DNA of 64,000 nt from Patescibacteria group bacterium (GCA_023474425.1 JAMCXX010000004.1:148729-212728), one strand, 5' to 3'; positions 52,030-61,383 are shown, numbered from the stretch's first letter. The notes: generated by a model from the letters alone, not told the origin. Numbers and translations are program-made.

Positions 52030-53001
52030 ATGTTAATAGACGAAGTGACAATAAAAGTTTCCGCCGGAAAGGGCGGGGACGGCTGTGTGGACTTTAATAA
52101 AAACTTGAGGAGTTTGGGACCGGTAGGGGCAAGAGGCGGCAACGGCGGCAGCGTCTATTTTGAAGGCGTTTCCGACCTTTCCGCGCTCTCACAATTCCGA
52201 TACAAAAAGGAAATCAGAGGTGAAAACGGACAAAACGGCCGCGGCCAGTTTATGGACGGGGCTAAAGCCGAAGATATTACTATAAAAATTCCGGTGGGAA
52301 CCGTGATCACCAACCTCTCCCGCAGTACCAAACACGAAATTACAAAAGTTGGAGAAAAAATTCTAATCGCCAAGGGCGGACGGGGCGGACGGGGCAACTT
52401 CTTTTTTAAGTCCCCCACCAACACCACCCCCATGGAATTTGAATACGGAAAACCTGGACAGAGTTTTAACCTAAAACTGGAAATGAAAATGATTGCCGAT
52501 GTGGGTCTTGTTGGGCTTCCCAATGTTGGCAAAAGCAGCCTTTTAAACGAACTCACTAAAGCCAAAAGCAAGGTGGCCGATTACCGTTTTACAACGCTTG
52601 AGCCCCACCTCGGAGACTACTACGGATTAATAATTGCCGATATCCCCGGCTTAATTGAGGGGGCTTCCGGAGGAAGAGGATTAGGGGACAAGTTTTTGCG
52701 GCACGTGGAACGAACCAAGGTGCTTTTTCACCTTATCGCCGCCGATTCCGCGGATCCGGTTTTAGACTACAATGTCATACGAAGGGAGCTTGGGTTATAC
52801 AATAAAAATCTTTTGGAAAAGCCGGAATACATTTTTTTAAGCAAAAGCGATGAGGTTGCCGCCAATGAGCTAAAGGAAAAAATAAAAACCCTAAAAAAGA
52901 AGAAGCTGGAAGTTACACCTCTTTCCATAATAGATGAGGCCAGCCTCAAGGTCGTAAAAAAAATCCTCAACCAACTAAATCAGGAGAAACAGAAAAGTTA
53001 A
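52030..53001 (+). CDS. obg: GTPase Obg
   Basis: MLIDEVTIKVSAGKGGDGCVDF, glycine-rich Obg fold, GLPNVGKSSL and DIPGLIEGAS. The ATG at 52030 is preferred over the GTG at 52021. Confidence 0.9.
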   Translation: MLIDEVTIKVSAGKGGDGCVDFNKNLRSLGPVGARGGNGGSVYFEGVSDLSALSQFRYKKEIRGENGQNGRGQFMDGAKAEDITIKIPVGTVITNLSRSTKHEITKVGEKILIAKGGRGGRGNFFFKSPTNTTPMEFEYGKPGQSFNLKLEMKMIADVGLVGLPNVGKSSLLNELTKAKSKVADYRFTTLEPHLGDYYGLIIADIPGLIEGASGGRGLGDKFLRHVERTKVLFHLIAADSADPVLDYNVIRRELGLYNKNLLEKPEYIFLSKSDEVAANELKEKIKTLKKKKLEVTPLSIIDEASLKVVKKILNQLNQEKQKS

Positions 53002-53002
53002 A

Positions 53003-53566
53003 TTATATTTTCCCAACCAAATCGGCGCCGGGTTTTAAGGTTGCCTCGCCGGGCTTCCAGGAGGCAGGGCAAACTTCTCCGTGATGTTCACGGACAAAAA
53101 TAGCCGCCTGAAGTTTACGTATTAACTCCGCGGCGCTGCGGCCAATATTGTTATCGTGAATTTCAATCGTCCGCAAAATTCCATCGGGGTCAATAATAAA
53201 TGTTCCTCGTAATGACAGGCCTTCCTCTTCCAAATACGTTCCCATTTCGCGACAAAGTTTACCGGTAGGGTCGGAAAGCATGGGAAAATTAATCTTTTTA
53301 ATGGCCGGAGACTCGTTGTGCCAGGCCAGATGCACGTATTTTGAGTCGGTACTGACACTCAAAAGCTCGGCATTTAAGCCTCTAAATACCTCATAATTAT
53401 CGGCTAATTCGGAAAGTTCTGTGGGGCAAACAAATGTAAAGTCGGCCGGGTAAAAAAATAAAACCAACCACTTCCCAAGATAGTTTGAAAGCTTAACCTT
53501 GCCGAATTCATTATTTTGATAAGAATCAAACTCAAAATCCGCAACTTTTTGTCCAATTTTTGTCAT
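53003..53566 (-). CDS. Typical 2-Cys peroxiredoxin (AhpC/Tsa family)
   Basis: FYPADFTFVCPTEL, with the resolving Cys in GEVCPASW. Confidence 0.9.
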   Translation of the reverse strand: MTKIGQKVADFEFDSYQNNEFGKVKLSNYLGKWLVLFFYPADFTFVCPTELSELADNYEVFRGLNAELLSVSTDSKYVHLAWHNESPAIKKINFPMLSDPTGKLCREMGTYLEEEGLSLRGTFIIDPDGILRTIEIHDNNIGRSAAELIRKLQAAIFVREHHGEVCPASWKPGEATLKPGADLVGKI

Positions 53567-53613
53567 ACGTCTATTATAAACCTTCGGGGAAACTAAATTT
53601 TTATTTCTCGTTT

Positions 53614-56226
53614 CTATTTACCGTGACAATGTTTGTACTTGATTGGAGTTCCGTCTGATTTTTTCGCTCCGCAGGGACAGGGGTCATTGCGACCTACCTT
53701 GTTGTTATTTACAATAGACAGGGAGTCCCGCTCAGCGGGACGGCCTACGGGGCTACCTGTCTGAACAGGACTGTCATGCCGGTACACAAGACGATTGTCT
53801 TTTACCGCGGACTCCGGCTTTTCGCTAACTTCTTTTGGCTCCACCGTCACCGCCTGCACAATCCGTTCACCGATTGTCCCGTAAATCTCGTCAACCAGAC
53901 GGCTAAAAAGAGCGTGGCCTTCCCGCTTGTATTCAACCAGCGGGTCAATACCGCCGTAGCCGCGAAGCCCTATTCCTTCGCGAAGGTCATCCATATTGTC
54001 CAGATGCTCAATCCACAAAGTGTCAATCACCTGCAGGGACATTTGCTTTACAAAAATACGCCAGGGCTCACCAAACCTTTTTTCGGCCTCAAAGTAAAGC
54101 GCCCGCGGGTCTCCCTTGGCGGCAAAACTTTCCTTATACAAATCCACCTTTTCCAAAAGCCAGTCTTTTTGTTCCAGATTTCCCTCGAGAATTTTTCGCC
54201 GCAGTTTGTAAACGACCTCGCGCTGGCTGTTCATAACGTCGTCGTATTCCACAAGTTGTTTTCGCACGTCAAAGTTATAGCCTTCAACCTTCTTTTGCGA
54301 CTGTTGAATAGATCCGGATACCAGGGAATTTTCAATAGGTATGTTTTCGTCAAGGCCCAACCTGTCCATAAGCTTCTCCACCATTTCACCGCCAAAAATT
54401 CGCATTAAATCATCCTGAAGGGAAACAAAAAAACGCGAGGAACCCGGGTCGCCCTGGCGCCCGGTACGCCCGCGTAGCTGGTTGTCGATCCGCCGAGATT
54501 CGTGGCGCTCGGTGCCAATGACGGCCAAACCCCCTAAACCCACCACCTCGTCATGATCTTTTTTCCATTCCTCGGAATTGCGAATTCCTACCTTGCCGGC
54601 AGGCAGGTCGAATTTCGAATTTCGAATTTCCGGGTCTTCGAACCCGGCAGGATCACCGCCAAGTATTATATCCACCCCCCGGCCGGCCATGTTGGTGGCC
54701 AAAGTCACCGCCCCCCGGCGCCCGCTCTGGGCAATAATTAAGGCTTCTTTTTCGTGATACTTGGCGTTTAAAACCTGGTGGGGAATCTCTTTGCGCTCAA
54801 GAAGGCTGTGCAAAAGTTCGTTTTTTTCGATGGAGGTCGTACCCACCAAAACCGGCTGACCGCGCCGATAATGCTCTTCTATGGAGTTGACAATAGCGCG
54901 GTATTTGGCCGATTCGGTTTTGTAGACCACATCGGGCAGATCTTGACGGACCATGGGTTTATGGGTGGGAATAACCACCACATCCAACTTGTAAATCTTG
55001 TAAAATTCCTCTGCCTCGGTCACGGCTGTGCCCGTCATGCCGGAAAGCTTTTGGTACAGGCGGAAATAGTTTTGAAAAGAAACGGTGGCCAGAGTTCTTG
55101 ACTCGCGCTGAATGGCCACACCCTCTTTGGCTTCAATCGCCTGGTGCAAGCCGTCGCTGTAGCGCCGGCCAAACATGAGACGCCCGGTAAATTCATCCAC
55201 AATAATCACTTCGCCTTCCTTAACCACATAGTCCTTGTCTTTTACAAAAAGCGCCCGGGCCTTAAGCGCTTGCTCAATGTGGTGTACGGTCTGAAAATCT
55301 TTTTCGTAAAGATTGGAAACCCCTAACCAGCCCTCAATTTTAACAATGCCCAACTCGGTCAGGTGTGACGTTTTGTGCTTCTCGTCCACGGTGTAATCGG
55401 TTTGGGCGGTAAGTCTCGAGGCCAACCGGGCAAATTCGTAATACTTTTCCGTCGATTCTTCCGCCGGCGCCGAAATAATTAAGGGGGTGCGCGCCTCGTC
55501 AATGAGAATTGAATCCACCTCGTCGACAATGGCAAAATGGTGCGCCCCAAAGTCGCCGCGGGGGTTTGTTTGGACTGCCTGGCTAATGTCATAAACCATG
55601 TTATCCCGCAGATAATCGAAACCGAATTCGTTGTTCGTGCCGTAAACAACGTCCGCCGTATAAGCCTCGCGCCGACTAACCGGCCGCAGACGTTTGGAAT
55701 ATTCGTCAAGAAAAGTTTCGTTTGTAAACTCCGGGTCGTAAAGAAAAGCCTGCTCGTGAATAATGACGCCGACGCTCACCCCCAGAGCGTGGTAAATGGG
55801 TCCCATCCAGCCGGCGCCGTGCCTCGACAAATAATCGTTGGGGGTCACAATGTGACCGCCCAAACCTTCCAAACTATTTAAATAGAGCGGCAGAGTGGCC
55901 GTAAGCGTTTTGCCTTCCCCCGTTTTCTGCTCGGCAATTTTTCCCTCATGCAAAACCATACCCGCTAAAAGCTGGACGTCAAAATGGCGCATTCCTAAGG
56001 TCCTCCTGCCGGCCTCGCGCACCAGCGCAAAAGCCCTAGGAATTAAACTCTCCGTTGTCTCCTTGCCTGCCGCTAAACTTTCCTTAAACTCGTGGGTCTT
56101 ACCCTTTATTTGCTCTTCGGAAAGCTTTTGAAATTCCGGTTCTAAAGCGTTAATTTTGGCGACTACCGGGCGCAATTTCTCTATCTGTTTTTCGTTGGAA
56201 TCAAAAATCTTGGCAATAAAGTTCAT
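53614..56226 (-). CDS. secA: Preprotein translocase ATPase SecA
   Basis: 870 aa. MRHFDVQL, GEGKT, TGTA, ERHESRRIDNQLRGRTGRQGDPG and the C-terminal zinc motif GRNDPCPCG...CHG. Confidence 0.95.
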   Translation of the reverse strand: MNFIAKIFDSNEKQIEKLRPVVAKINALEPEFQKLSEEQIKGKTHEFKESLAAGKETTESLIPRAFALVREAGRRTLGMRHFDVQLLAGMVLHEGKIAEQKTGEGKTLTATLPLYLNSLEGLGGHIVTPNDYLSRHGAGWMGPIYHALGVSVGVIIHEQAFLYDPEFTNETFLDEYSKRLRPVSRREAYTADVVYGTNNEFGFDYLRDNMVYDISQAVQTNPRGDFGAHHFAIVDEVDSILIDEARTPLIISAPAEESTEKYYEFARLASRLTAQTDYTVDEKHKTSHLTELGIVKIEGWLGVSNLYEKDFQTVHHIEQALKARALFVKDKDYVVKEGEVIIVDEFTGRLMFGRRYSDGLHQAIEAKEGVAIQRESRTLATVSFQNYFRLYQKLSGMTGTAVTEAEEFYKIYKLDVVVIPTHKPMVRQDLPDVVYKTESAKYRAIVNSIEEHYRRGQPVLVGTTSIEKNELLHSLLERKEIPHQVLNAKYHEKEALIIAQSGRRGAVTLATNMAGRGVDIILGGDPAGFEDPEIRNSKFDLPAGKVGIRNSEEWKKDHDEVVGLGGLAVIGTERHESRRIDNQLRGRTGRQGDPGSSRFFVSLQDDLMRIFGGEMVEKLMDRLGLDENIPIENSLVSGSIQQSQKKVEGYNFDVRKQLVEYDDVMNSQREVVYKLRRKILEGNLEQKDWLLEKVDLYKESFAAKGDPRALYFEAEKRFGEPWRIFVKQMSLQVIDTLWIEHLDNMDDLREGIGLRGYGGIDPLVEYKREGHALFSRLVDEIYGTIGERIVQAVTVEPKEVSEKPESAVKDNRLVYRHDSPVQTGSPVGRPAERDSLSIVNNNKVGRNDPCPCGAKKSDGTPIKYKHCHGK

Positions 56227-56253
56227 AAATTCGGTCTTCCTACATGGTTAACT

Positions 56254-56919
56254 TTACTTCGAGACGGCTTTTTTTACAAAATATAGATAATTGCGCGAGG
56301 CCGAAACCCCGGGCAGCTCTTTTTCGATAACTTCGCCAAAAGCTGCGGTCAAAAGATTCTTATATCGTATTCTCTCCGGTACCTGTGAACGTTTAAAGAT
56401 ACGATTAATTGAAGCGGCGCCGCCAGGCACAAGTCTTCGGTTAATATTTTTATAGAAGTCATAAAAGCCGCCTTCAGTAAAAAATTCTCCGCCCAAATAA
56501 AGGTCAACCACAATTAAATCGTAGTTCGGGCGTCCGCCGGCCAAAAAAGATGAGGCGTCACCCAAAATTACCTCTAAATTATGGATCGCCGAAAGGTCAA
56601 AAAAATCCCGGGCAATTTTAATAATCAGCGGATCCAACTCCACCGCCGTCAGCCGCGAAGGCTTAAGATAATCGGCCGCCAAGTGAACCGTGGTCGCGCC
56701 GCCTAAACCCAAAATCAAGATATTTGGCTCGTCTTTAAGCGGATACGGAAACTTAATGAGCTGACCCCAAACTTTCTCGTCCAATCCGGTGCGATTCCGG
56801 CTGACGCTCTGCACAAAACCGTTGACAATTAACCGGCGTACACCCCGGGCCTCAACAACCTGAACCCGGCCGGAGACCGGCGAGTTAGCCGAAAAAAGAA
56901 CCTTGGGAAAAAGAATCAT
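56254..56919 (-). CDS. Spermidine synthase-like class I SAM-dependent methyltransferase-fold protein
   Basis: ILILGLGGATTV, VELDPLII and DLIVVDLY. Confidence 0.6.
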   Translation of the reverse strand: MILFPKVLFSANSPVSGRVQVVEARGVRRLIVNGFVQSVSRNRTGLDEKVWGQLIKFPYPLKDEPNILILGLGGATTVHLAADYLKPSRLTAVELDPLIIKIARDFFDLSAIHNLEVILGDASSFLAGGRPNYDLIVVDLYLGGEFFTEGGFYDFYKNINRRLVPGGAASINRIFKRSQVPERIRYKNLLTAAFGEVIEKELPGVSASRNYLYFVKKAVSK

Positions 56920-58148
56920 GAGGGAATTTTATCCTTACCCAGGTAGGGGCGCAAAACTTCGGGAATGGTTACCGAGCCGTCCTCATTCTGATAATTTTCC
57001 AAAATGGCCAAGGGGGTGCGCGAAGTGGCAATGGCCGTACCGTTAAGCATGTGCACAAAGTTCACTGTACCGTCGGCCCGGCGGCAGCGGATGTTCAAAT
57101 TTCTGGCCTGGTAATCGGTGCAGTTTGAGGTGGAGGTTACTTCGCCGTAATCGTTGCGGCCGGGCATCCAGGCCTCGATGTCAAACTTGCGCGCCGCCAT
57201 AGCTCCCAAATCGCCGGCGCACATTTCCACCACCCGGTAAGGAATTTTTAAATCCTGATAAATCTTTTCCTCCAAGGAAAGAATTAACTCATGATATTTT
57301 TTGGAGTCTTCGGGCAGACAATATATAAACATTTCCGCTTTGGTAAATTCGTGAACGCGGTAAAGCCCTTTGGAATACTTGCCGTAAGCGCCTGCCTCCC
57401 GGCGGAAACAGTGGGAATAGCCAATGTACTTAAGTGGCAGATTTTTTTCCTCCAAGATTTCGTCGGCGTGCTTGCCGGCCAGAGTTACCTCGGCCGTGGC
57501 AATCAAACCCAAATCCTCGCCTTCAACAACATAAGTTTGAGCTTCCTTGCCTTTGGGGGCGTAACCGGTGCCCAAGTAGTAGCGCGATTTGGCCAAATCG
57601 GGAGTAATAACCGGCGTAAAACCTTCCTGGCCCAAAAGGTTAAAGGCATACTGCACCAAAGCCAACTCCAAAAGAGCGCCCTCATTATAAAGAAAGTAGA
57701 ACTGGCTGCCGGCCACCTTGGCTCCGGTTTCAAAGTCCAAAAGGTTCAGGGACTTACCTAACTCCAGATGATCCTTCGGTTGAAAATCAAAAATAGGGGG
57801 CTCGCCCCATTTCCGCAAAACCACATTTTCCGACTCATCTTTACCCGAAGGCACTTCCGGCAAGGGCATATTTGGTATCCCGTTTAATGCCTCTTCCAGC
57901 TTTGATTTGGCTTCGTCAATTTTTGGCTCCAGCTCTTTAAGCTTTTCTTTAACGGCCCTCCCGGCCTGTGCGTCTGACCGATCGGGTTTGTTCCTTTGGG
58001 CTCGAAGCTCCTCGACTTGCCTAAGAAGCTCCCGATACTCCCGATCCAGCTGAAGAACATCGTCAACCAAAGAGGCGTTGTAACCCTTTCGGCCCACACC
58101 TTCTTTGACCAACTCCGGATTTTCGCGGATAACTTTAATGTCCAACAT
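56916..58148 (-). CDS. serS: Seryl-tRNA synthetase
   Basis: MLDIKVIRENPELV coiled-coil arm and class II motifs (FRREAG, GLYRVHEF, NGTAIAT). Confidence 0.95.
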   Translation of the reverse strand: MLDIKVIRENPELVKEGVGRKGYNASLVDDVLQLDREYRELLRQVEELRAQRNKPDRSDAQAGRAVKEKLKELEPKIDEAKSKLEEALNGIPNMPLPEVPSGKDESENVVLRKWGEPPIFDFQPKDHLELGKSLNLLDFETGAKVAGSQFYFLYNEGALLELALVQYAFNLLGQEGFTPVITPDLAKSRYYLGTGYAPKGKEAQTYVVEGEDLGLIATAEVTLAGKHADEILEEKNLPLKYIGYSHCFRREAGAYGKYSKGLYRVHEFTKAEMFIYCLPEDSKKYHELILSLEEKIYQDLKIPYRVVEMCAGDLGAMAARKFDIEAWMPGRNDYGEVTSTSNCTDYQARNLNIRCRRADGTVNFVHMLNGTAIATSRTPLAILENYQNEDGSVTIPEVLRPYLGKDKIPS

Positions 58149-58165
58149 ACATTTAATTATATCAC

Positions 58166-58942
58166 CTAAAGTTCGTTGGGAACGTCAACAAATTCTACTG
58201 GCAATTGCGGAAACTGCTTTTTAATAACTTCGCCCAAATTCTTAACGCCAATCGTTTCGGTGTTGTAGTGGCCAAAAGCGGCCACAGTCAAATTTATTTC
58301 CCGGGCAACGGCAAAATGACTTTCGCGCACGTCGCCCGTAACCAAAAGGTCTATAGCCTTTTCCCTAAATTCTTCGGCCAGGTTAAAATCGGGTCCGCCC
58401 GAGCCGGAAACCACGGCTACCCGCGAAATTTTGCGGTCGTTGGGGTAGAGCACATAGCCCGGATGCCGGTAGTATTTTTCCAGAAAATCCACCACATCCT
58501 CTAAAGGCCTTTCAACCGAAAGATTGCCCCAATAGCCCCAAGATCCGTGAATATTGCCTTGAATCTCGGCGCCCAGTTCCCGAAGCACCGGCGCGTTGTT
58601 GCCGATTTCGGGGTGATGATCAAGCAAAAAATGGTAACCGCACAAACTTAAGTCGTTCTTAAACAAAAAACGCAGACGCTCGGCCATAATTCGGCTCATC
58701 AAATTTTTGTCAAAACCGCGGTTAAGACCAAAACCGTGATGAACAATCAAAAAATTACCGCCCTGCTCAACCGACTTTTCAAAAAATTCCAGATTGGCAG
58801 AAACTCCCAAGGCAACTTTGGTCACTTCCTCCGCCCCGGGAATTTGCAAGCCGTTGGCAATCATTTCGTTCTCATCGGCCAATTTTTGGTACGGTTCAAA
58901 ATAGTTATTCAGAAAATTTACTAACTCGTCTCTCTTGATCAT
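58166..58942 (-). CDS. Nif3-family dinuclear metal centre protein
   Basis: NGLQIPGAEEVTKVALGVSANLEFFEKS...FLIVHHG and GHYNTE. Confidence 0.75.
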   Translation of the reverse strand: MIKRDELVNFLNNYFEPYQKLADENEMIANGLQIPGAEEVTKVALGVSANLEFFEKSVEQGGNFLIVHHGFGLNRGFDKNLMSRIMAERLRFLFKNDLSLCGYHFLLDHHPEIGNNAPVLRELGAEIQGNIHGSWGYWGNLSVERPLEDVVDFLEKYYRHPGYVLYPNDRKISRVAVVSGSGGPDFNLAEEFREKAIDLLVTGDVRESHFAVAREINLTVAAFGHYNTETIGVKNLGEVIKKQFPQLPVEFVDVPNEL

Positions 58943-58987
58943 ATTTCAAAAAAAAGCTCTAAGACCAAACTACTCAAACGGCGCCAA

Positions 58988-59040
58988 CGTCATTCTGGTA
59001 AGTCCCGCCAAAGGCGGGACGCATCCGGAATCAAAGACGA
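58988..59040. repeat. Degenerate GTCAT-type repeat, copy D, with an internal GC hairpin just 3' of lysS
   Basis: Left end cgtcattctgg. Hairpin gtcccgcc-aaa-ggcgggac (59002-59020). Right end ccggaat..gacg interrupted. Confidence 0.5.
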
Positions 59041-59046
59041 TGAAAT

Positions 59047-61215
59047 CTACAACCCGATCTGTGACGCGATTCCTTTCATCGCCTTAAGAACAATCTCGAT
59101 AAACTCCGCAAGTTTTATGCCTAACTTTTCTTCGCATTGTTCAATTTGCCTGCGGTCTACACCCGCGGCAAATTCTTTGCTCTTCCATTTTTTAAGCACC
59201 GATTCAACTTCGACGGATGATATTTTTTTGTCCGGTCGGACTAAAGCTACCGAGACTATAAAACCGGTCAGTTCGTCGCAGCACTCAAGCGCCCATTCCA
59301 TATTTGACTGAATCTCGGAAAGATTGGTGTGGCGCCGATTGTGAGATTTAAGCCCTTGCACCACCGGGCCTTCGCGGCGACCTTCTCCGGAAAGCCATTC
59401 CAGAGCCGCCATCGTGTGACGGGACGGTTCGGCTTTGGTCTCTTCCCAATCGGCATCGTGAATTAAGCCCAGCGCTCCCCACGCCTCTTCATTTCCCCCA
59501 AATTTTCGGGCCAGAGCCCTCATGGCCGCCTCTACGGCCAAGCAGTGCCGCAGCAGGTTTTGGTTTTTAATGTGACTGCTCACAATTTGGAAAACTTTTT
59601 CCCTTGACGGAAAGTCCCCCACAGGTTCCAGAGGTAGCTTAGTCCCTCCCTCTTTGTCATTGCGAGGTGTTCGGCCCACGGCAATCTCTGCATCATTAGA
59701 TGACGTAATAGATTGCTTCACTTCGTTCGCAATGACGGAGGAAATGGGGGCACCCTCTGGCCTTAGCGTGGGGAAAAGAATTACATCTTTAAGGGTATGC
59801 CTACCGGTAAGGACGGAAACGAACCGGTCCACTCCCATGCCCCAACCGGCTGTGGGCGGCATGCCGTACTCCAAAGCCCGAATGTAATCTTCGTCCAAAA
59901 CCTGGTACTCGGCCAATCCCTCTTTGTTCATTTCCGCTTCCTTTTCCCATCGGCTCCTCTGATCAATCGGATCGTTAAGTTCGTTGTAGGCATTCACCAT
60001 CTCCCGCCCGGCAATAAGAAGCTGAAAACTGGCCGCCTTAGATTCGTCATCCTCTTTGCGCTTGGCTAAAGGCTTCATTTCGTAGGGGTGGTCCACAAGA
60101 AATAGCGGCCCAAAAAGGTGTGGCCGCACCAATTTTTTGTAGAGCTCGTCCAAAAGCGGGGCGTAGCCCACCACTCCTTCCAAATCAATTTTTAAACCGG
60201 ACTCTTTAATGAACCTGACGGCCTCTTCAAAACTGCGCACCCGGTCAACGTCCAATCCGGTATATTTAATTATAGCATCATGGAAGGTTAGCCGCGGCCA
60301 GGGTGGCGTAAAATCAATAACATTACCTTCGAAATCCACCATTGGCTTACCCAAAACTTTCTCAACCGTCTTAGAGAGCAGTTCTTCGGTAAAACACATG
60401 AGCTTTTCGTAGTCCGAGTAAGCCCAGTAAAATTCCAGCATGGTAAATTCCGGATTATGCTCGCGGTCAATGCCTTCGTTGCGGAAATCTTTGCCGATTT
60501 CGTAAACCTTTTCGAACCCTCCGACAATCAGCCGTTTGAGGTAAAGCTCGTCGGAAATACGCAAATAAAGATTTAAATCCAAGGACTCGTGGTGAGTCAC
60601 AAAAGGCTTGGCCGTGGCCCCGCCGTAAATGGGCTGCAATACGGGCGTTTCTACTTCCAAAAATCCCTCGGCCTTCAAAAGACGGCGAAGCTCTCCCACC
60701 ACCAGGCTTCTCACTTCAAAAACACTTTTGGAATCGGGATTAATTAGCAAATCCACATAGCGCTGGCGATAAATCTCTTCTTTATCTCTAAGACCGTAAA
60801 AATCGCTTGGCAGCGGCCGCAGAGATTTAGTGAGTATGGAAAAACTCTTGACGCGAAGGGTGAGCTCGCCGGCCGCCGTTTTAAAAAGCTGGCCGGTAGC
60901 AACAATAAAGTCGCCCAGGTCCAAAAGCGACAAATGTTCGTAAGTTTTTTGACCCAATTCCGAGAGACTAAAAAAAAGTTGGATTTTACCCGATTCATCA
61001 ACCAGATCGGCAAATGTGGAACCGCCGTGGGCCCTAATCGCCCGCAATCTTCCGGCCACCGACGCTTCGGTTTCCAAAGTCTTCTCCAACAATCCGCCAA
61101 CAGGCTCTCGGATTATTTTTGGCTGACTAAAGGGGTTAAAACCCAATTTCTTAAATTTTTCCAGCTTTTGCAAACGGGCTTGGCGTAACTCATTGAACGG
61201 CTGCGGCATAAGCAT
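59047..61215 (-). CDS. lysS: Lysyl-tRNA synthetase (class II) fused to a C-terminal HD-domain phosphohydrolase module
   Basis: The first ~495 aa are a complete LysRS (OB fold plus class II motifs, ending ILFPTLRPE). A ~35-aa linker follows. The last ~190 aa are an HD/HDIG-type module (LLRHCLAVEAAM...GLIHDADWE...VALVRPDKK). Confidence 0.85.
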   Translation of the reverse strand: MLMPQPFNELRQARLQKLEKFKKLGFNPFSQPKIIREPVGGLLEKTLETEASVAGRLRAIRAHGGSTFADLVDESGKIQLFFSLSELGQKTYEHLSLLDLGDFIVATGQLFKTAAGELTLRVKSFSILTKSLRPLPSDFYGLRDKEEIYRQRYVDLLINPDSKSVFEVRSLVVGELRRLLKAEGFLEVETPVLQPIYGGATAKPFVTHHESLDLNLYLRISDELYLKRLIVGGFEKVYEIGKDFRNEGIDREHNPEFTMLEFYWAYSDYEKLMCFTEELLSKTVEKVLGKPMVDFEGNVIDFTPPWPRLTFHDAIIKYTGLDVDRVRSFEEAVRFIKESGLKIDLEGVVGYAPLLDELYKKLVRPHLFGPLFLVDHPYEMKPLAKRKEDDESKAASFQLLIAGREMVNAYNELNDPIDQRSRWEKEAEMNKEGLAEYQVLDEDYIRALEYGMPPTAGWGMGVDRFVSVLTGRHTLKDVILFPTLRPEGAPISSVIANEVKQSITSSNDAEIAVGRTPRNDKEGGTKLPLEPVGDFPSREKVFQIVSSHIKNQNLLRHCLAVEAAMRALARKFGGNEEAWGALGLIHDADWEETKAEPSRHTMAALEWLSGEGRREGPVVQGLKSHNRRHTNLSEIQSNMEWALECCDELTGFIVSVALVRPDKKISSVEVESVLKKWKSKEFAAGVDRRQIEQCEEKLGIKLAEFIEIVLKAMKGIASQIGL
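59656..59736. repeat. GTCAT-type palindromic repeat, copy E, in frame inside the lysS-HD linker
   Basis: Perfect 10-bp termini gtcattgcga / tcgcaatgac. Nested inverted repeat gcaatct / agattgc. 81 nt, which is 27 codons. Confidence 0.75.
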
Positions 61216-61270
61216 ATTTTAGGACAAAAGGAATAATTATGATACTAATAAAAACAATCCGCAGCAAAGG

Positions 61271-61356
61271 TTTTTCTCGCGGCATTCCGCAGTCCGCAGA
61301 CGAGGCATAGCGCTGCGAAAGTCTCTTTCCTTTCGCAGACAGCGGCCGCGAAAAAA
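61271..61356 (-). ncRNA. Candidate structured RNA or cis-regulatory element, copy 2; homologous to 34330-34442
   Basis: Closing stem tttttctcgcggc / gccgcgaaaaaa. A 9-bp hairpin 61313-21 / 61330-38 with loop tctctttc. Conserved blocks ggcattccgcag, ggcatagcgc and gacagcggcc are shared with copy 1. Confidence 0.5.
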
Positions 61357-61383
61357 CCGTAGCGAGGATTGTGAAACACTTGA

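Noticed and set aside
53676-53760. GTCATTGCGAC and a gtcccgc-tca-gcgggac hairpin near the secA 3' end, looking like another GTCAT repeat copy
   Set aside because: The GTCATTGCGAC string is the reverse complement of the codons for GRND in the conserved SecA zinc-finger tail (KVGRNDPCPCG). No matching inverted terminus exists, so the similarity is coincidental. The small hairpin alone is insufficient evidence.
54561-54650. (CGAATTT)x3 heptamer repeat and adjacent inverted repeat ccgggt/acccgg inside secA
   Set aside because: Three units give 21 nt, which is in frame. It lies in the variable loop after IILGG and corresponds to a local peptide duplication (PAGFEDPEIRNS / PAGKVGIRNS). This is most simply a tolerated internal duplication in an essential gene, not a switch.
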